From Bacteroidales bacterium (GTDB lineage Bacteria > Bacteroidota > Bacteroidia > Bacteroidales > UBA932), in contig JAZRYW010000050.1 in assembly GCA_045600965.1 (NCBI GenBank), positions 8,252-72,251 of the forward strand: DNA of 64,000 nucleotides. Direction: 5' to 3'. Below the pieces are notes generated by a model. It made no database searches, was not told where the DNA came from, and saw only the letters and a program-made list of their open reading frames with translations. Numbering within the stretch: the stretch's first letter is position 1; every line of letters starts with the position of its first letter. The translations under genes were made by a program, and so were the position numbers. Positions 1-9,227 of the stretch are shown here, piece after piece.

Positions 1-1380
1 ACGGATGGCACCGGTAGGACAGTGGCGGCTGCAGTTTCCGCAATTGTCCTGACCGAGAGCGGACACGCAGAGTTCATAATTGACGGTTGCGCGTCCGATA
101 TGGGTGGCGAGCTTCTGCTCCCTGGTCACCGGCTTGATGGCGCCCGAGGGGCAGATTTCGGAGCAGACCGTGCACTCGGGACGGCAATATCCCATCTCAT
201 AGCCCATTTCAGGCTGGAGAAGGTGTTCCAGATCAGTGGAGGCGCGAAGCACGTGGTTCGGACAGTTGCTTACACACAGCTGGCAGGCGGTGCAGCGCGA
301 GTAGAAGTTGTCGACGCTCCCGGCCCCGAAAGGGACAAGATGTCCGGTACGCTCGGGACTGACCTTGGGAGTGACTTTCGCAAGACCTCCGTCAAGATGC
401 CTCTCCTGAGCCTTTGCCGACAGCGCGGCTCCTGTCAGGGCAGCGGTGGTCATAATGAACTGCCTGCGTCCGTTATCTGCCTGAGGGGCTTCGGACGAAG
501 GTCCGGCAGCAGGTTCTGCGGCAGGCGCGGCCTTGTGTTTCGGTTGGCCGAATCCATATGTTACGGCTCCTTCCCTGCATCGTCTGATGCAGTCGAAGCA
601 GTCGACGCAGCGGCTGTAGTCAACCTTGTGCGCATCCATATCGATACAGGATGACTTGCAGCCTCGGGAGCACCTTCCGCAGGCGGTGCACTTGTCGGCG
701 TCTATCTTGATGTGCAGCAGGGAATGCCTGCTGAAAAGTCCGAGAACGGTGCCCACCGGGCATATAGTGTTGCAGTATGCGCGGCCCCAGAGCCAGGCGC
801 AGAGCACTATGGCAACCAGCGTGACGGCGGCGGTTATGAGCAGCGCGGGTGCAAGGCTCTCACCCCTTGCAAGGCCGGCTGCCGAGCGTACTATCCTTCC
901 GTATGCGCTGTAAGGCGCGATCATTGCCACAAACACCTGCACGGAGGCGGCGATTGCGGCGACGGTGAGCGCCAGCACAGGATAACGCACCCATCTGCGC
1001 TCCCTGCTGTATTCGAAATGCTTCACCTCACGCTTGATGGTGGAAAGTTCACCGACTTCCTCGCCCGCCTTCCTTGCGGCGGCATACTTCTTGACCCTGC
1101 GGCCGTTGATTCTGTGAATGATGAGTCCGGCCTGTCTGCGTATCCATATGATCACATCCTGGAACACGCCCATAGGGCAGATGACCGAACAGTAGATCCG
1201 GCCGAAGACAACCGTCAGGAGAAGAATCCCGATGATGACGGCGAAGTTCAATGCAAGGCAGGACGGAAGGAACTGAAGTTTCGCCATCCATCCCCACCAT
1301 TGCTGGCCGATACCGGCCAGAAGGAGGGTTATCCCCACCATAAACAGCACGGCCAGAGTGATTCTGAGCTTTCTTAACAT
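1..1380 (-). CDS. Membrane-bound polyferredoxin (NapH-like membrane module fused to NapG-like 4Fe-4S module); C-terminus runs off the window start
   Basis: Own translation of the minus strand from ATG at 1380..1378 (MLRKLRITLAVLFMVG...) is open to position 1. Two CxxxCP motifs (YCSVICPMG, YCNTICPVG). Several ferredoxin Cys clusters (CTACGRCSRGC, CVDCFDCIRRC, CTACQLCVSNC, CTVCSEIC, CGNCSRHC). Absent from the ORF track because there is no stop inside the window. Confidence 0.8.
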   Translation of the reverse strand, partial: MLRKLRITLAVLFMVGITLLLAGIGQQWWGWMAKLQFLPSCLALNFAVIIGILLLTVVFGRIYCSVICPMGVFQDVIIWIRRQAGLIIHRINGRRVKKYAAARKAGEEVGELSTIKREVKHFEYSRERRWVRYPVLALTVAAIAASVQVFVAMIAPYSAYGRIVRSAAGLARGESLAPALLITAAVTLVAIVLCAWLWGRAYCNTICPVGTVLGLFSRHSLLHIKIDADKCTACGRCSRGCKSSCIDMDAHKVDYSRCVDCFDCIRRCREGAVTYGFGQPKHKAAPAAEPAAGPSSEAPQADNGRRQFIMTTAALTGAALSAKAQERHLDGGLAKVTPKVSPERTGHLVPFGAGSVDNFYSRCTACQLCVSNCPNHVLRASTDLEHLLQPEMGYEMGYCRPECTVCSEICPSGAIKPVTREQKLATHIGRATVNYELCVSALGQDNCGNCSRHCPTGAIR

Positions 1381-1483
1381 AAGAACGGGTACATTATATA
1401 GTAACGTGTAAAATTGAGCAAAATATCGTTATTTCACAAATAATAGTTAACTTTATGGTTCAACAAATAAGAAAATTGAGTGT

Positions 1484-2182
1484 ATGAAAGAAAGAAACTA
1501 TTTGGGTATCTGCATTTTGGCGGGATTTCTGGCGCTTGCCATCTCTCTGCCTTTCGCAGTCGGCAAGTACACCGGTTCATTCCGTCAGGTGACAGTCAAG
1601 GGTCTGTGTGAAAAGGAAGTGGATGCTGACCGCGCGATATGGCCCATCGTGTTCAAGGAATCCGGCAACTCTCTCTCGGCTCTTGCCTCCGAGGTCGAAA
1701 TCAAGAACGCCATCATAGTGGAATGGCTCAAGGAAGCCGGTTTCGCGGATGATGAGATCAACATATCCGCGCCCAAGCTCCAGGACCTGAAGTCTGACGG
1801 ATACATCGAGAACAAGCGTTTCGATTACATTATGACCTCCGTAGTGACGGTATGCACCTCCAAGGCCTCTGTGGTTGTCGGCATGCAGCGACGTCAGTTC
1901 GAACTTCTCGGCAAGGGCATCGCCATAGGCAGCGGCAACAGCTGGGAGTATCCCGTGGTTTTCGACTACACCTCCCTGAATTCAATCAAAGCTGAGATGG
2001 TCGAGCAGGCCATCCGCAACGCCCGCGAGTCGGCTGACAAGTTCGCGAAGGACAGCGGAAGCAGGCTCGGCAGGATAGTCACCGCATCGCAGGGCCAGTT
2101 CTCAATCAACAACAGGGATGAAAACACTCCCGAAAAGAAAATCATCAGGGTGGTAAGCACAGTCACCTATTCCCTCAGATAA
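1484..2182 (+). CDS. SIMPL (DUF541) family periplasmic/membrane-anchored protein
   Basis: ORF 1484..2182. N-terminal hydrophobic anchor (YLGICILAGFLALAISLPFAV). Length and sequence pattern recalled as SIMPL-like. 4-nt gap to the next gene. Confidence 0.65.
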   Translation: MKERNYLGICILAGFLALAISLPFAVGKYTGSFRQVTVKGLCEKEVDADRAIWPIVFKESGNSLSALASEVEIKNAIIVEWLKEAGFADDEINISAPKLQDLKSDGYIENKRFDYIMTSVVTVCTSKASVVVGMQRRQFELLGKGIAIGSGNSWEYPVVFDYTSLNSIKAEMVEQAIRNARESADKFAKDSGSRLGRIVTASQGQFSINNRDENTPEKKIIRVVSTVTYSLR

Positions 2183-2186
2183 CATC

Positions 2187-3272
2187 ATGGCACAGGAAAT
2201 TATCAAACTCAAAGGCACATTGTGCGCCGAGACGGCTTCAGCCGTCATTTCAGGATTTTCACAAGGCAACGAATACATACTCGACTTCGAAGAGGTCGAC
2301 GCAATCCATTTCGCGGCGATCAGGGCGCTGCTCAACTGCCGCAGGGCGGGCTTCCACCTTATCATCGTCAACGCCTGCGACAGCGTGGCCGAAAGGTTCG
2401 AGGACACGGGGGTGAGCGGTTGCATAAGCGTATGCCGCAAGCCCAAGGTACTTGACCTGTCCGGATACGAGATGTTCGGCGAAAGTTTCCTCTCCAAGGC
2501 ATACAACAGCCAGGATGGGGACGCTATGATAAAAGTCTACGGGAAACGCGTACCGAAGGATGTCGTCGCACGTGAGAAGTCTGTTGCAAAGGCAGTTCTG
2601 GCGTTCGGCATCCCCACACCTCTGGTAGGGACCATCTACAGTGACGGTGAGAATATGGCGCTCGACTTCGAAAGGGTTCACAACAAGCGTTCCTACTCCA
2701 GAGTCATTTCGGAGGAGCCCGAAAGGCTTGAGGAGATTTCAACACGTTTCGCAAGGATGTGCAAGCGGCTGCATTCCACTCCCTGCGACACCTCCGTATT
2801 CTCCGACAGGGCCGACTTCTACCGTCAGGCCGTGATGAATGCCGGGGAGATCAGCCAGGATGACAAACTCAGGGCCCTCGATTTCATCAACGGCGTGAAG
2901 CCATCCACCACCTGCCTGCACGGTGATATGCAGATGAGCAACATCATCACCACCGACAAGGAGGATATGTGGATAGACCTGTCCGATTTCGGCTACGGCA
3001 ACCCTATGTTCGATATGGGTATGTGGTATTTTTTGTGCAGGCTCAACGCGGAGCACATCACAAGGAACCTCTTCCATTTCGGCAACGACACAATGGCAAG
3101 GATATGGCCCGTGTTCGCCAGGGAATATTTCGGCGCAGACACGCCGGAGAAGCTTCAGGAGGTGGAAAGGAGCGTTGAGCCTTTCGCCGCCCTCCATATG
3201 CTCTACCTCGGAAGCGTGTACGGATTCGAGCCTCATATGCTGCCCTTCATACGCAGGACTCTCTTCGGATAG
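2187..3272 (+). CDS. STAS-like domain fused to APH/choline-kinase-type phosphotransferase
   Basis: ORF 2187..3272. First ~85 aa look like a STAS/anti-sigma-antagonist fold (LDFEEVDAIHFAAIRALL...LIIVNACDSVAERFEDTGV). The C-terminal part has the catalytic loop HGDMQMSN (HGDxxxxN) and IDLSDFGYG. Confidence 0.7.
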   Translation: MAQEIIKLKGTLCAETASAVISGFSQGNEYILDFEEVDAIHFAAIRALLNCRRAGFHLIIVNACDSVAERFEDTGVSGCISVCRKPKVLDLSGYEMFGESFLSKAYNSQDGDAMIKVYGKRVPKDVVAREKSVAKAVLAFGIPTPLVGTIYSDGENMALDFERVHNKRSYSRVISEEPERLEEISTRFARMCKRLHSTPCDTSVFSDRADFYRQAVMNAGEISQDDKLRALDFINGVKPSTTCLHGDMQMSNIITTDKEDMWIDLSDFGYGNPMFDMGMWYFLCRLNAEHITRNLFHFGNDTMARIWPVFAREYFGADTPEKLQEVERSVEPFAALHMLYLGSVYGFEPHMLPFIRRTLFG

Positions 3273-3275
3273 GAT

Positions 3276-4922
3276 ATGGCCGGCAGTTTCAAGGTTTTCG
3301 GAAACATAGCCGACCCTCTCAACAGACGGCTGTTCAACGGTGCGGTCTGCGTCAGGGACGGCATCATCGGGGACATAGTGAAACTCTCGGACGACATCGA
3401 TCCGGAGATGGATTTCATTATGCCGGGGTTCATCGACTCTCACGTACATATCGAAAGCAGTATGATGCTTCCGGATATGTTTGCACGCTCCGCCGCCCGC
3501 AGCGGCGTGGTGGGCGCGGTGGCCGACCCTCACGAGATAGCCAACGTGCTGGGGCTCGACGGAGTGAGACTTATGATCGGGAATGCCGGGTCAACCCCTT
3601 TCCACTTTATGTTCGCTGCCCCCTCCTGCGTCCCCAGCACCGGGTTCGAGACCGCCGGCGCAACGCTTGACGCCTGTGCCGTGAAGGAGATGCTGTCCTG
3701 GAGCGGGATCGGCGCGCTCGCGGAGGTGATGAACGTGTCCGAAGTGCTTTACGGAGACCGTGATATGCTGGCCAAGTTTGATGCCGCCCGCGCTGCCGGA
3801 AAACCCATTGACGGCCACGCGCCCGGCCTTTCGGGAGACGGATTGAAACAGTATGCCCTGGCCGGAATCACCACCAACCACGAATGCTCGACCGAGAGCG
3901 AAGCTCGCGAACAGGCCGCCGCGGGGTTGTACATACTCATACGCGAGGGCAGTGCCGCACGCAATTTCGATGCCCTGTCCCCCCTCGTCGGAGACCTTCC
4001 GGACAGCGTGATGTTCTGCACCGACGACTGCCACCCCGACTTCCTTCAGGACGGGCGGTATTATCAGCACGTCAAGCGTTCGATAGCGAGGGGTTATCCC
4101 CTTTGGAACGTCCTGCGCGCCGCATCCGTCACGCCGGTGAAGCATTACGGACTCCCAGTCGGGCTCCTTCAGAAAGGGGACAGCGCCGATTTCATCATAG
4201 TGGACAACCTGAAGGACTTCAACTGCAAGGCCACCTTCCTTTCCGGAACAAGATACGACAGCATCAACCCTCTTCCGGCAGATGAACACCGTAAGGATGA
4301 GCAACAGCCCAACAACTTCAAGGCGGGGCATATCTCCAAGGAAGACATCGCCCTGAAGCCCTCCTGCGCGATGCAGAAGGTCATAGTGGCATACGACGGG
4401 CAGCTTGTGACCGGAATCGAGGAGATGGAGGCGCTGATGAAGGACGGCCGTGCGGTATCCGACCCATCCCGTGATATGCTGAAGATCGTGGTCATCAACC
4501 GCTACGACAGAGGCGCGAAGACAGCTGTCGGGTTCATAAAGGGATTCGGAATAAGCAAAGGCGCCCTTGCGTCATCAGTTGCGCACGACAGCCACAATAT
4601 CATCGCCCTCGGCGCGTCCGATGAAGACATAGTGCGCGCCGTCAACAGGATCGCCGATACCGGAGGCGGCCTTGCCGCAGTCTGCGGTGAAAGGATGGAG
4701 TCGCTTGCTCTTCCCGTTGCAGGAATAATGAGCCCCGGCACTGACGTTGACGTTCTTGACGGATACCTGAAAGTAAGGAAAATGGCTCAAAGTATGAGCC
4801 CCGCCCACTCTGATGCCTTTATGACGATGTCATTCATGACCCTGCCGGTCATTCCGGCGCTGAAGATCACCGACAAGGGACTTTTCGACTTCGCTTCCTT
4901 CAGCCTCATCCCCGGGGAATGA
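3276..4922 (+). CDS. ade: Adenine deaminase
   Basis: ORF 3276..4922, 548 aa. Amidohydrolase metal site FIDSHVHIESS, ADPHEIANV and the overall pattern are typical of Ade. Confidence 0.85.
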   Translation: MAGSFKVFGNIADPLNRRLFNGAVCVRDGIIGDIVKLSDDIDPEMDFIMPGFIDSHVHIESSMMLPDMFARSAARSGVVGAVADPHEIANVLGLDGVRLMIGNAGSTPFHFMFAAPSCVPSTGFETAGATLDACAVKEMLSWSGIGALAEVMNVSEVLYGDRDMLAKFDAARAAGKPIDGHAPGLSGDGLKQYALAGITTNHECSTESEAREQAAAGLYILIREGSAARNFDALSPLVGDLPDSVMFCTDDCHPDFLQDGRYYQHVKRSIARGYPLWNVLRAASVTPVKHYGLPVGLLQKGDSADFIIVDNLKDFNCKATFLSGTRYDSINPLPADEHRKDEQQPNNFKAGHISKEDIALKPSCAMQKVIVAYDGQLVTGIEEMEALMKDGRAVSDPSRDMLKIVVINRYDRGAKTAVGFIKGFGISKGALASSVAHDSHNIIALGASDEDIVRAVNRIADTGGGLAAVCGERMESLALPVAGIMSPGTDVDVLDGYLKVRKMAQSMSPAHSDAFMTMSFMTLPVIPALKITDKGLFDFASFSLIPGE

Positions 4923-4923
4923 C

Positions 4924-6096
4924 TCAGCTCAGCAGGTTGAAAACAGCCAGCCCGAGATAGTTGCCGACCGCATAGCCCACTATGCCTACGGCTATGCCGG
5001 TTATTATCGCGCCGCGGTTCTTCATAGTGCCCGCGACCATAGGCACGAACAGCGGTGAATTCACGAGCGCCACCGAAGTTATGACCGTCGTGTCGGCATC
5101 CACCTTGAAGATCCGTCCCAATATGACCTGCGCCAGCAGGGAGGTGAATATCACGAACACTATGTAGCAGAGCACCCATACGCCCTCTATGAGGTCGATG
5201 CTTCGTATGTCCACCATAGAGGCCACTGCCAGCGAGAACACGAGCACCAGATACATTCCCGCATCATAACTCTTCTCAAACCTGTGGACGGCGGGGATGA
5301 AGGAGGCGGCCAGTGACAGCGTGGTCAGGGTGAGAATGAGTATTATCATATCGATTCCGCCCTTGAGCGCAAATGAAAGGCCTATTCCGGCGCCGGCAAT
5401 GAGCACCGCGAGTCCAACCGCCTTGAGCGTCGGCAGGAAATGCTTCCTTGTCAATATCCCCCGGTACATCATCTCCTCAGAGACGGCCATAGGCTGGACT
5501 CCTCCTTCAGGAGCATCGGTGTCACCTTCGCCGGACGCCTTCACGGGAAGCAGCTTCCTGAAAAGAGGCACTCCCGCAGACATCAGGAATATCAGATAGA
5601 CGAAGCTTACAAGCATATCGAAGGAGTTCATCACCACATAGGTGGCGTCATCCACGTCAAGCATAAGTTTGAGGGATGCGAGATTGGGCGTGCCGCCGGA
5701 ATAGAGGCCGACAGCCATTCCCGCTATGCCTGCAGCCCCGGAAGAGAGCCGCTCCCCGAAAATGAAATAGCCTGAGACCACTGCGGCGACAACTGCGATT
5801 ATGCCGAGCAGCAGGGCCTTGAGCGCGGTACGGTACGGCCATCTGCGGAAATCGCAGGCGAAAAGAATCAGCGGAAGGGCGAGCGGAACGGTGACTGACG
5901 TGACCGCATCCTGCACAGGATAGAGTGCGGCGGTTATTTCCGGGTGCGGGAACACGAACAGATTGGACACCAGGATTCCGAGAAAATATAGAATGAGGAC
6001 CGCTCCAACCTTGCCGGCCACCTTTGAATTGCGGCAGAGAAGGACCACTGCGGCGGGCACAGTCAGAAATAACAGTATGGCCGTTACCTGAATCAT
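4924..6096 (-). CDS. DUF819 family polytopic membrane protein
   Basis: ORF 4924..6096, 390 aa, about 10 hydrophobic helices. The LILFACDFRRW segment is recalled from DUF819. Confidence 0.65.
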   Translation of the reverse strand: MIQVTAILLFLTVPAAVVLLCRNSKVAGKVGAVLILYFLGILVSNLFVFPHPEITAALYPVQDAVTSVTVPLALPLILFACDFRRWPYRTALKALLLGIIAVVAAVVSGYFIFGERLSSGAAGIAGMAVGLYSGGTPNLASLKLMLDVDDATYVVMNSFDMLVSFVYLIFLMSAGVPLFRKLLPVKASGEGDTDAPEGGVQPMAVSEEMMYRGILTRKHFLPTLKAVGLAVLIAGAGIGLSFALKGGIDMIILILTLTTLSLAASFIPAVHRFEKSYDAGMYLVLVFSLAVASMVDIRSIDLIEGVWVLCYIVFVIFTSLLAQVILGRIFKVDADTTVITSVALVNSPLFVPMVAGTMKNRGAIITGIAVGIVGYAVGNYLGLAVFNLLS

Positions 6097-6103
6097 CGTT
6101 TCC

Positions 6104-6111
6104 CAAAGATA
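6104..6111 (-). promoter_or_regulatory. Bacteroidota -7 box TATCTTTG for the DUF819 gene
   Basis: Exact TAnnTTTG on the minus strand, 7 nt upstream of ATG 6096. Confidence 0.45.
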
Positions 6112-6137
6112 GATTTCTGCAAAGGTACAAAATATTG

Positions 6138-6145
6138 TATCTTTG
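6138..6145 (+). promoter_or_regulatory. Bacteroidota -7 box TATCTTTG for the MMPL operon
   Basis: Exact TAnnTTTG, 4 nt upstream of ATG 6150. Confidence 0.5.
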
Positions 6146-6149
6146 CAAT

Positions 6150-9100
6150 ATGAAACAGAAGACAGCGTTGGCGTTTTCAGTTCTCCTCACTCTTGTATGC
6201 ACGCTGCTTATACCGAAGGTGAACGTGAACGCCGATATGACGAAATACCTTCCTGACGACTCCGGGATGCGTCAGGGAATCCGGATAATCTCGGACGAAT
6301 TCGATGAATCACTGCTTTCGACGGCTGATATCCGCGTAATGTTCGAAGGGATTGACAGCCGGAGGCGCTCCGAAGTCGAGGATGAACTGCTCCATCTTGA
6401 CGGAGTGGTTGCCGGAAGCCACCGTGTTTCGGGCGACAGGACGCTCTACGAGCTCACCGTCGAAAAGAGCGTTAACCAGAAGAGTCTTGCAGCGGATATC
6501 CGCGGCACATACGGAAAAGCGACTGTAGAGACCGCCCAGGACGGAAACACGCCGGCTCCGGGAGCGATAATCCTCGCAATTGCGGCGCTTCTCGTGATTC
6601 TGTTCATAATGAGCCCCACCTGGATGGAGCCGCTGCTGTATATGGCCTCTACCGGTATGGCAGTGCTGGTGAACGTCGGCACGAACGTGCTTTTCGACAG
6701 CGTGTCCATCACTACGAATTCAATCGCCGGCGTACTTCAGCTCGCCCTTTCGATAGACTATTCCATCATACTGATGAACCGCTACCGCCAGCAGCGCCGG
6801 CTCTTCGACACAAAGGCGCCTGCGATGTCGGCGGCTATGAAGAAGGCGGCTCCGGCCATTGTCAGCAGCGCGCTCACCACAGTGTCCGGTCTGCTGATGC
6901 TGGCATTGATGAGACTCAAGATAGGGGCCGACCTGGGATTCGTCCTGGCGAAGGGCGTTGTGTGCAGCCTGATATTTACCTATACCGCCCTTCCCGGGCT
7001 CATACTTATCTTCGACAGGGCCATCAGCGGTTCCTCGAAGAAGGTTCCGAAGTTCCCGACCGACGGCATCGCCTCCTTCTGCGAGCGCTTCAGCATTCCT
7101 CTGGCAGTCCTGTTCATAGTGCTCTTCGCCGGAGGATATGTTCTCCACGACCGCACTGAAATCTCCTTCTCCACCAGATTCGATTCCGAAATAGACGGTT
7201 ATTTCCCCAGCAGGAACACGATGGTGGTGGTATATGACAACTGCGACGCCGACGCCCTCATACCCCTTGCCGACAGCCTTTTACAGGACAGCCGGGTGAT
7301 TTCATTCCTGTCCTACCCTTCCCTGATGCAGCGCAATCTGACGAGCGCCGGAATGTACGGTTCGATCCGGGACCTTATCGCCCTGAGCAATGAGGAAGTA
7401 CCGGAAAGCCTGTCAAGCCTTCTTTCTGAAGATATGCTCAGGCTGGCTTATTACAGCGCCAACGCAGAGGACAATCTGAAAGTCGCTTTTCCATCCCTCG
7501 TGCGCTTCATAGAAGACCGCATACTGCCTGACAAACGCTTCTCGGCATACCTTCCCGACGGCCTGGAAGATCAGTTGGAACTGATGCACGCCATTATTGG
7601 AGACGATGAAAGGGCAGTGCCGGGCGGCACTCTGCCCTCCCCCATAACCGCAGCTGACGGCCCTCAGGATGAGGAGATGGTGGACATTCACGACTATATG
7701 CTCCGTCTTGCGGCCCAGAGCCCGTCCGCAGAGACACGGCAGCTGTGCAATCTGACCGACACTCTCAAGCTGCGCAGCAGTATGACTCCCGACCAGATAA
7801 CAGAATATCTGGGATCGACGCCGTCGCAGACAAAGATGGTGTTCCAGTTCAAGGGACGCAGGACAAGGACAATGACCCCGCTCGAGTTCGTCCGCTTCCT
7901 TACGGATGACCTCTTCAACAGGAAGGCCCTTGCGGCTTTCGTAAGCAAGGAGCAGAAGAATGAACTGCTTCTCTGGAAACGGATTATGGATTGCGCGGAC
8001 CGCGGACTGCCGTTGCCAAGATCGGCCGTGGAGACGATGATAGGCGCTTTCGGCAAATCCACTCCGCTGATTCAGGACGTTGAGGCCGAGGATGCCCGCA
8101 TCAGCAGTCTGGCCGCGGACGCACAGACTGTGGAACCCGCAGCGGAGAACGCACTCTCTGAAAGTCCGGCTGACAGTTCGGCCACAACGTCGGCGGTGCC
8201 GTCGCAGGAAACGGTCGAACCGGCCGCGCCTTCACACAGAGTGCCGGCGGAAACGCCTGAAATGGAAGATGATCCGCGTACGGCCCTCTTCCTGGATATG
8301 ACCAGTCCGGACAGGAAATACACTGCCTCTGAAATGTCGCGCAACTTCTCCCGTCTTGGAGAACCGGTTGACGTGGGTACCGTCGAACTGATGTATCTGC
8401 TCTACGGAAGCTGGTATGACTACGATGAAAACTGGGCGATGACTCTCGAACAGCTGTTCGGGCACATATCCTCGCTTATCCGTGACAGAAGGATGGATGC
8501 CTTTGTCGACGATGGCACAAGGGAGGCGTTCTCCGCTATGGAGAAGGCAATGACAGACCGCCTCGGCGGAATGGTTTCAGGCACCCATTCAATAGGCGTG
8601 ATAATGTCAGACTATGACAATGAATCGCCTGAAACTGAAATTTTCATCAAAAACCTCAACCAGCGTTGCGACACTTTGTTCAGTGAACAATATTATATTG
8701 TAGGCGAGTCAGTTATGTTTAACGAGATGAAGGAAAGCTTCGGTCGGGAAATGTTCATTGTGACGATTTTCACCATACTCGTCATATTCCTGATAGTGAC
8801 CCTGACCTTCCGTTCTCCCTTCATCGCCGCCATTCTGGTGATGACGGTGATGTCAGCGGTCTTCGTCAATGTCACCGCAAGCGGAATCGGTGGCCGCACC
8901 CTGTTGTATCTCGCCTACCTTATAGTCCAGAGCATACTGATGGGCGCAACCATCGACTACGGCATCCTGCTCACTACATATTTCCGGGAAAACGGTGACC
9001 TGAAGGAAGCCTTCCGCGGCTCTGTGGGTACGATAATGACTTCCGGTACGATAATGGTCCTTGTACCCGGAATAATGGCCGTCTCGCTGAACGACGCTAT

Positions 9101-9224
9101 GATAGCGCCGATCGTCGGCAACCTGTCCATAGGCGCTCTGACGGCAGTGGCGCTGATTATGTTCGTAATGCCCGGCGTGCTTTCGCTGTACGGGAAAAGG
9201 AAAAACGGTAAAAACAGACAATAA
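6150..9224 (+). CDS. MMPL/RND-superfamily exporter with an enlarged second extracytoplasmic loop
   Basis: ORF 6024..9224 trimmed to ATG 6150 (MKQKTALAFSVLLTLVC), because the upstream part covers the divergent promoter region. Two multi-helix hydrophobic bundles are separated by a long soluble region containing a low-complexity Ser/Pro/Glu linker. Confidence 0.75.
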   Translation: MKQKTALAFSVLLTLVCTLLIPKVNVNADMTKYLPDDSGMRQGIRIISDEFDESLLSTADIRVMFEGIDSRRRSEVEDELLHLDGVVAGSHRVSGDRTLYELTVEKSVNQKSLAADIRGTYGKATVETAQDGNTPAPGAIILAIAALLVILFIMSPTWMEPLLYMASTGMAVLVNVGTNVLFDSVSITTNSIAGVLQLALSIDYSIILMNRYRQQRRLFDTKAPAMSAAMKKAAPAIVSSALTTVSGLLMLALMRLKIGADLGFVLAKGVVCSLIFTYTALPGLILIFDRAISGSSKKVPKFPTDGIASFCERFSIPLAVLFIVLFAGGYVLHDRTEISFSTRFDSEIDGYFPSRNTMVVVYDNCDADALIPLADSLLQDSRVISFLSYPSLMQRNLTSAGMYGSIRDLIALSNEEVPESLSSLLSEDMLRLAYYSANAEDNLKVAFPSLVRFIEDRILPDKRFSAYLPDGLEDQLELMHAIIGDDERAVPGGTLPSPITAADGPQDEEMVDIHDYMLRLAAQSPSAETRQLCNLTDTLKLRSSMTPDQITEYLGSTPSQTKMVFQFKGRRTRTMTPLEFVRFLTDDLFNRKALAAFVSKEQKNELLLWKRIMDCADRGLPLPRSAVETMIGAFGKSTPLIQDVEAEDARISSLAADAQTVEPAAENALSESPADSSATTSAVPSQETVEPAAPSHRVPAETPEMEDDPRTALFLDMTSPDRKYTASEMSRNFSRLGEPVDVGTVELMYLLYGSWYDYDENWAMTLEQLFGHISSLIRDRRMDAFVDDGTREAFSAMEKAMTDRLGGMVSGTHSIGVIMSDYDNESPETEIFIKNLNQRCDTLFSEQYYIVGESVMFNEMKESFGREMFIVTIFTILVIFLIVTLTFRSPFIAAILVMTVMSAVFVNVTASGIGGRTLLYLAYLIVQSILMGATIDYGILLTTYFRENGDLKEAFRGSVGTIMTSGTIMVLVPGIMAVSLNDAMIAPIVGNLSIGALTAVALIMFVMPGVLSLYGKRKNGKNRQ

Positions 9225-9227
9225 CAG

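Noticed and set aside
22-1377. Plus-strand ORFs 22..654 and 712..1377 (210 and 221 aa) offered by the ORF track
   Set aside because: The minus strand over the same span encodes a continuous Fe-S protein with multiple canonical Cys motifs starting at 1380. The plus-strand products have no motifs and are shadow ORFs.
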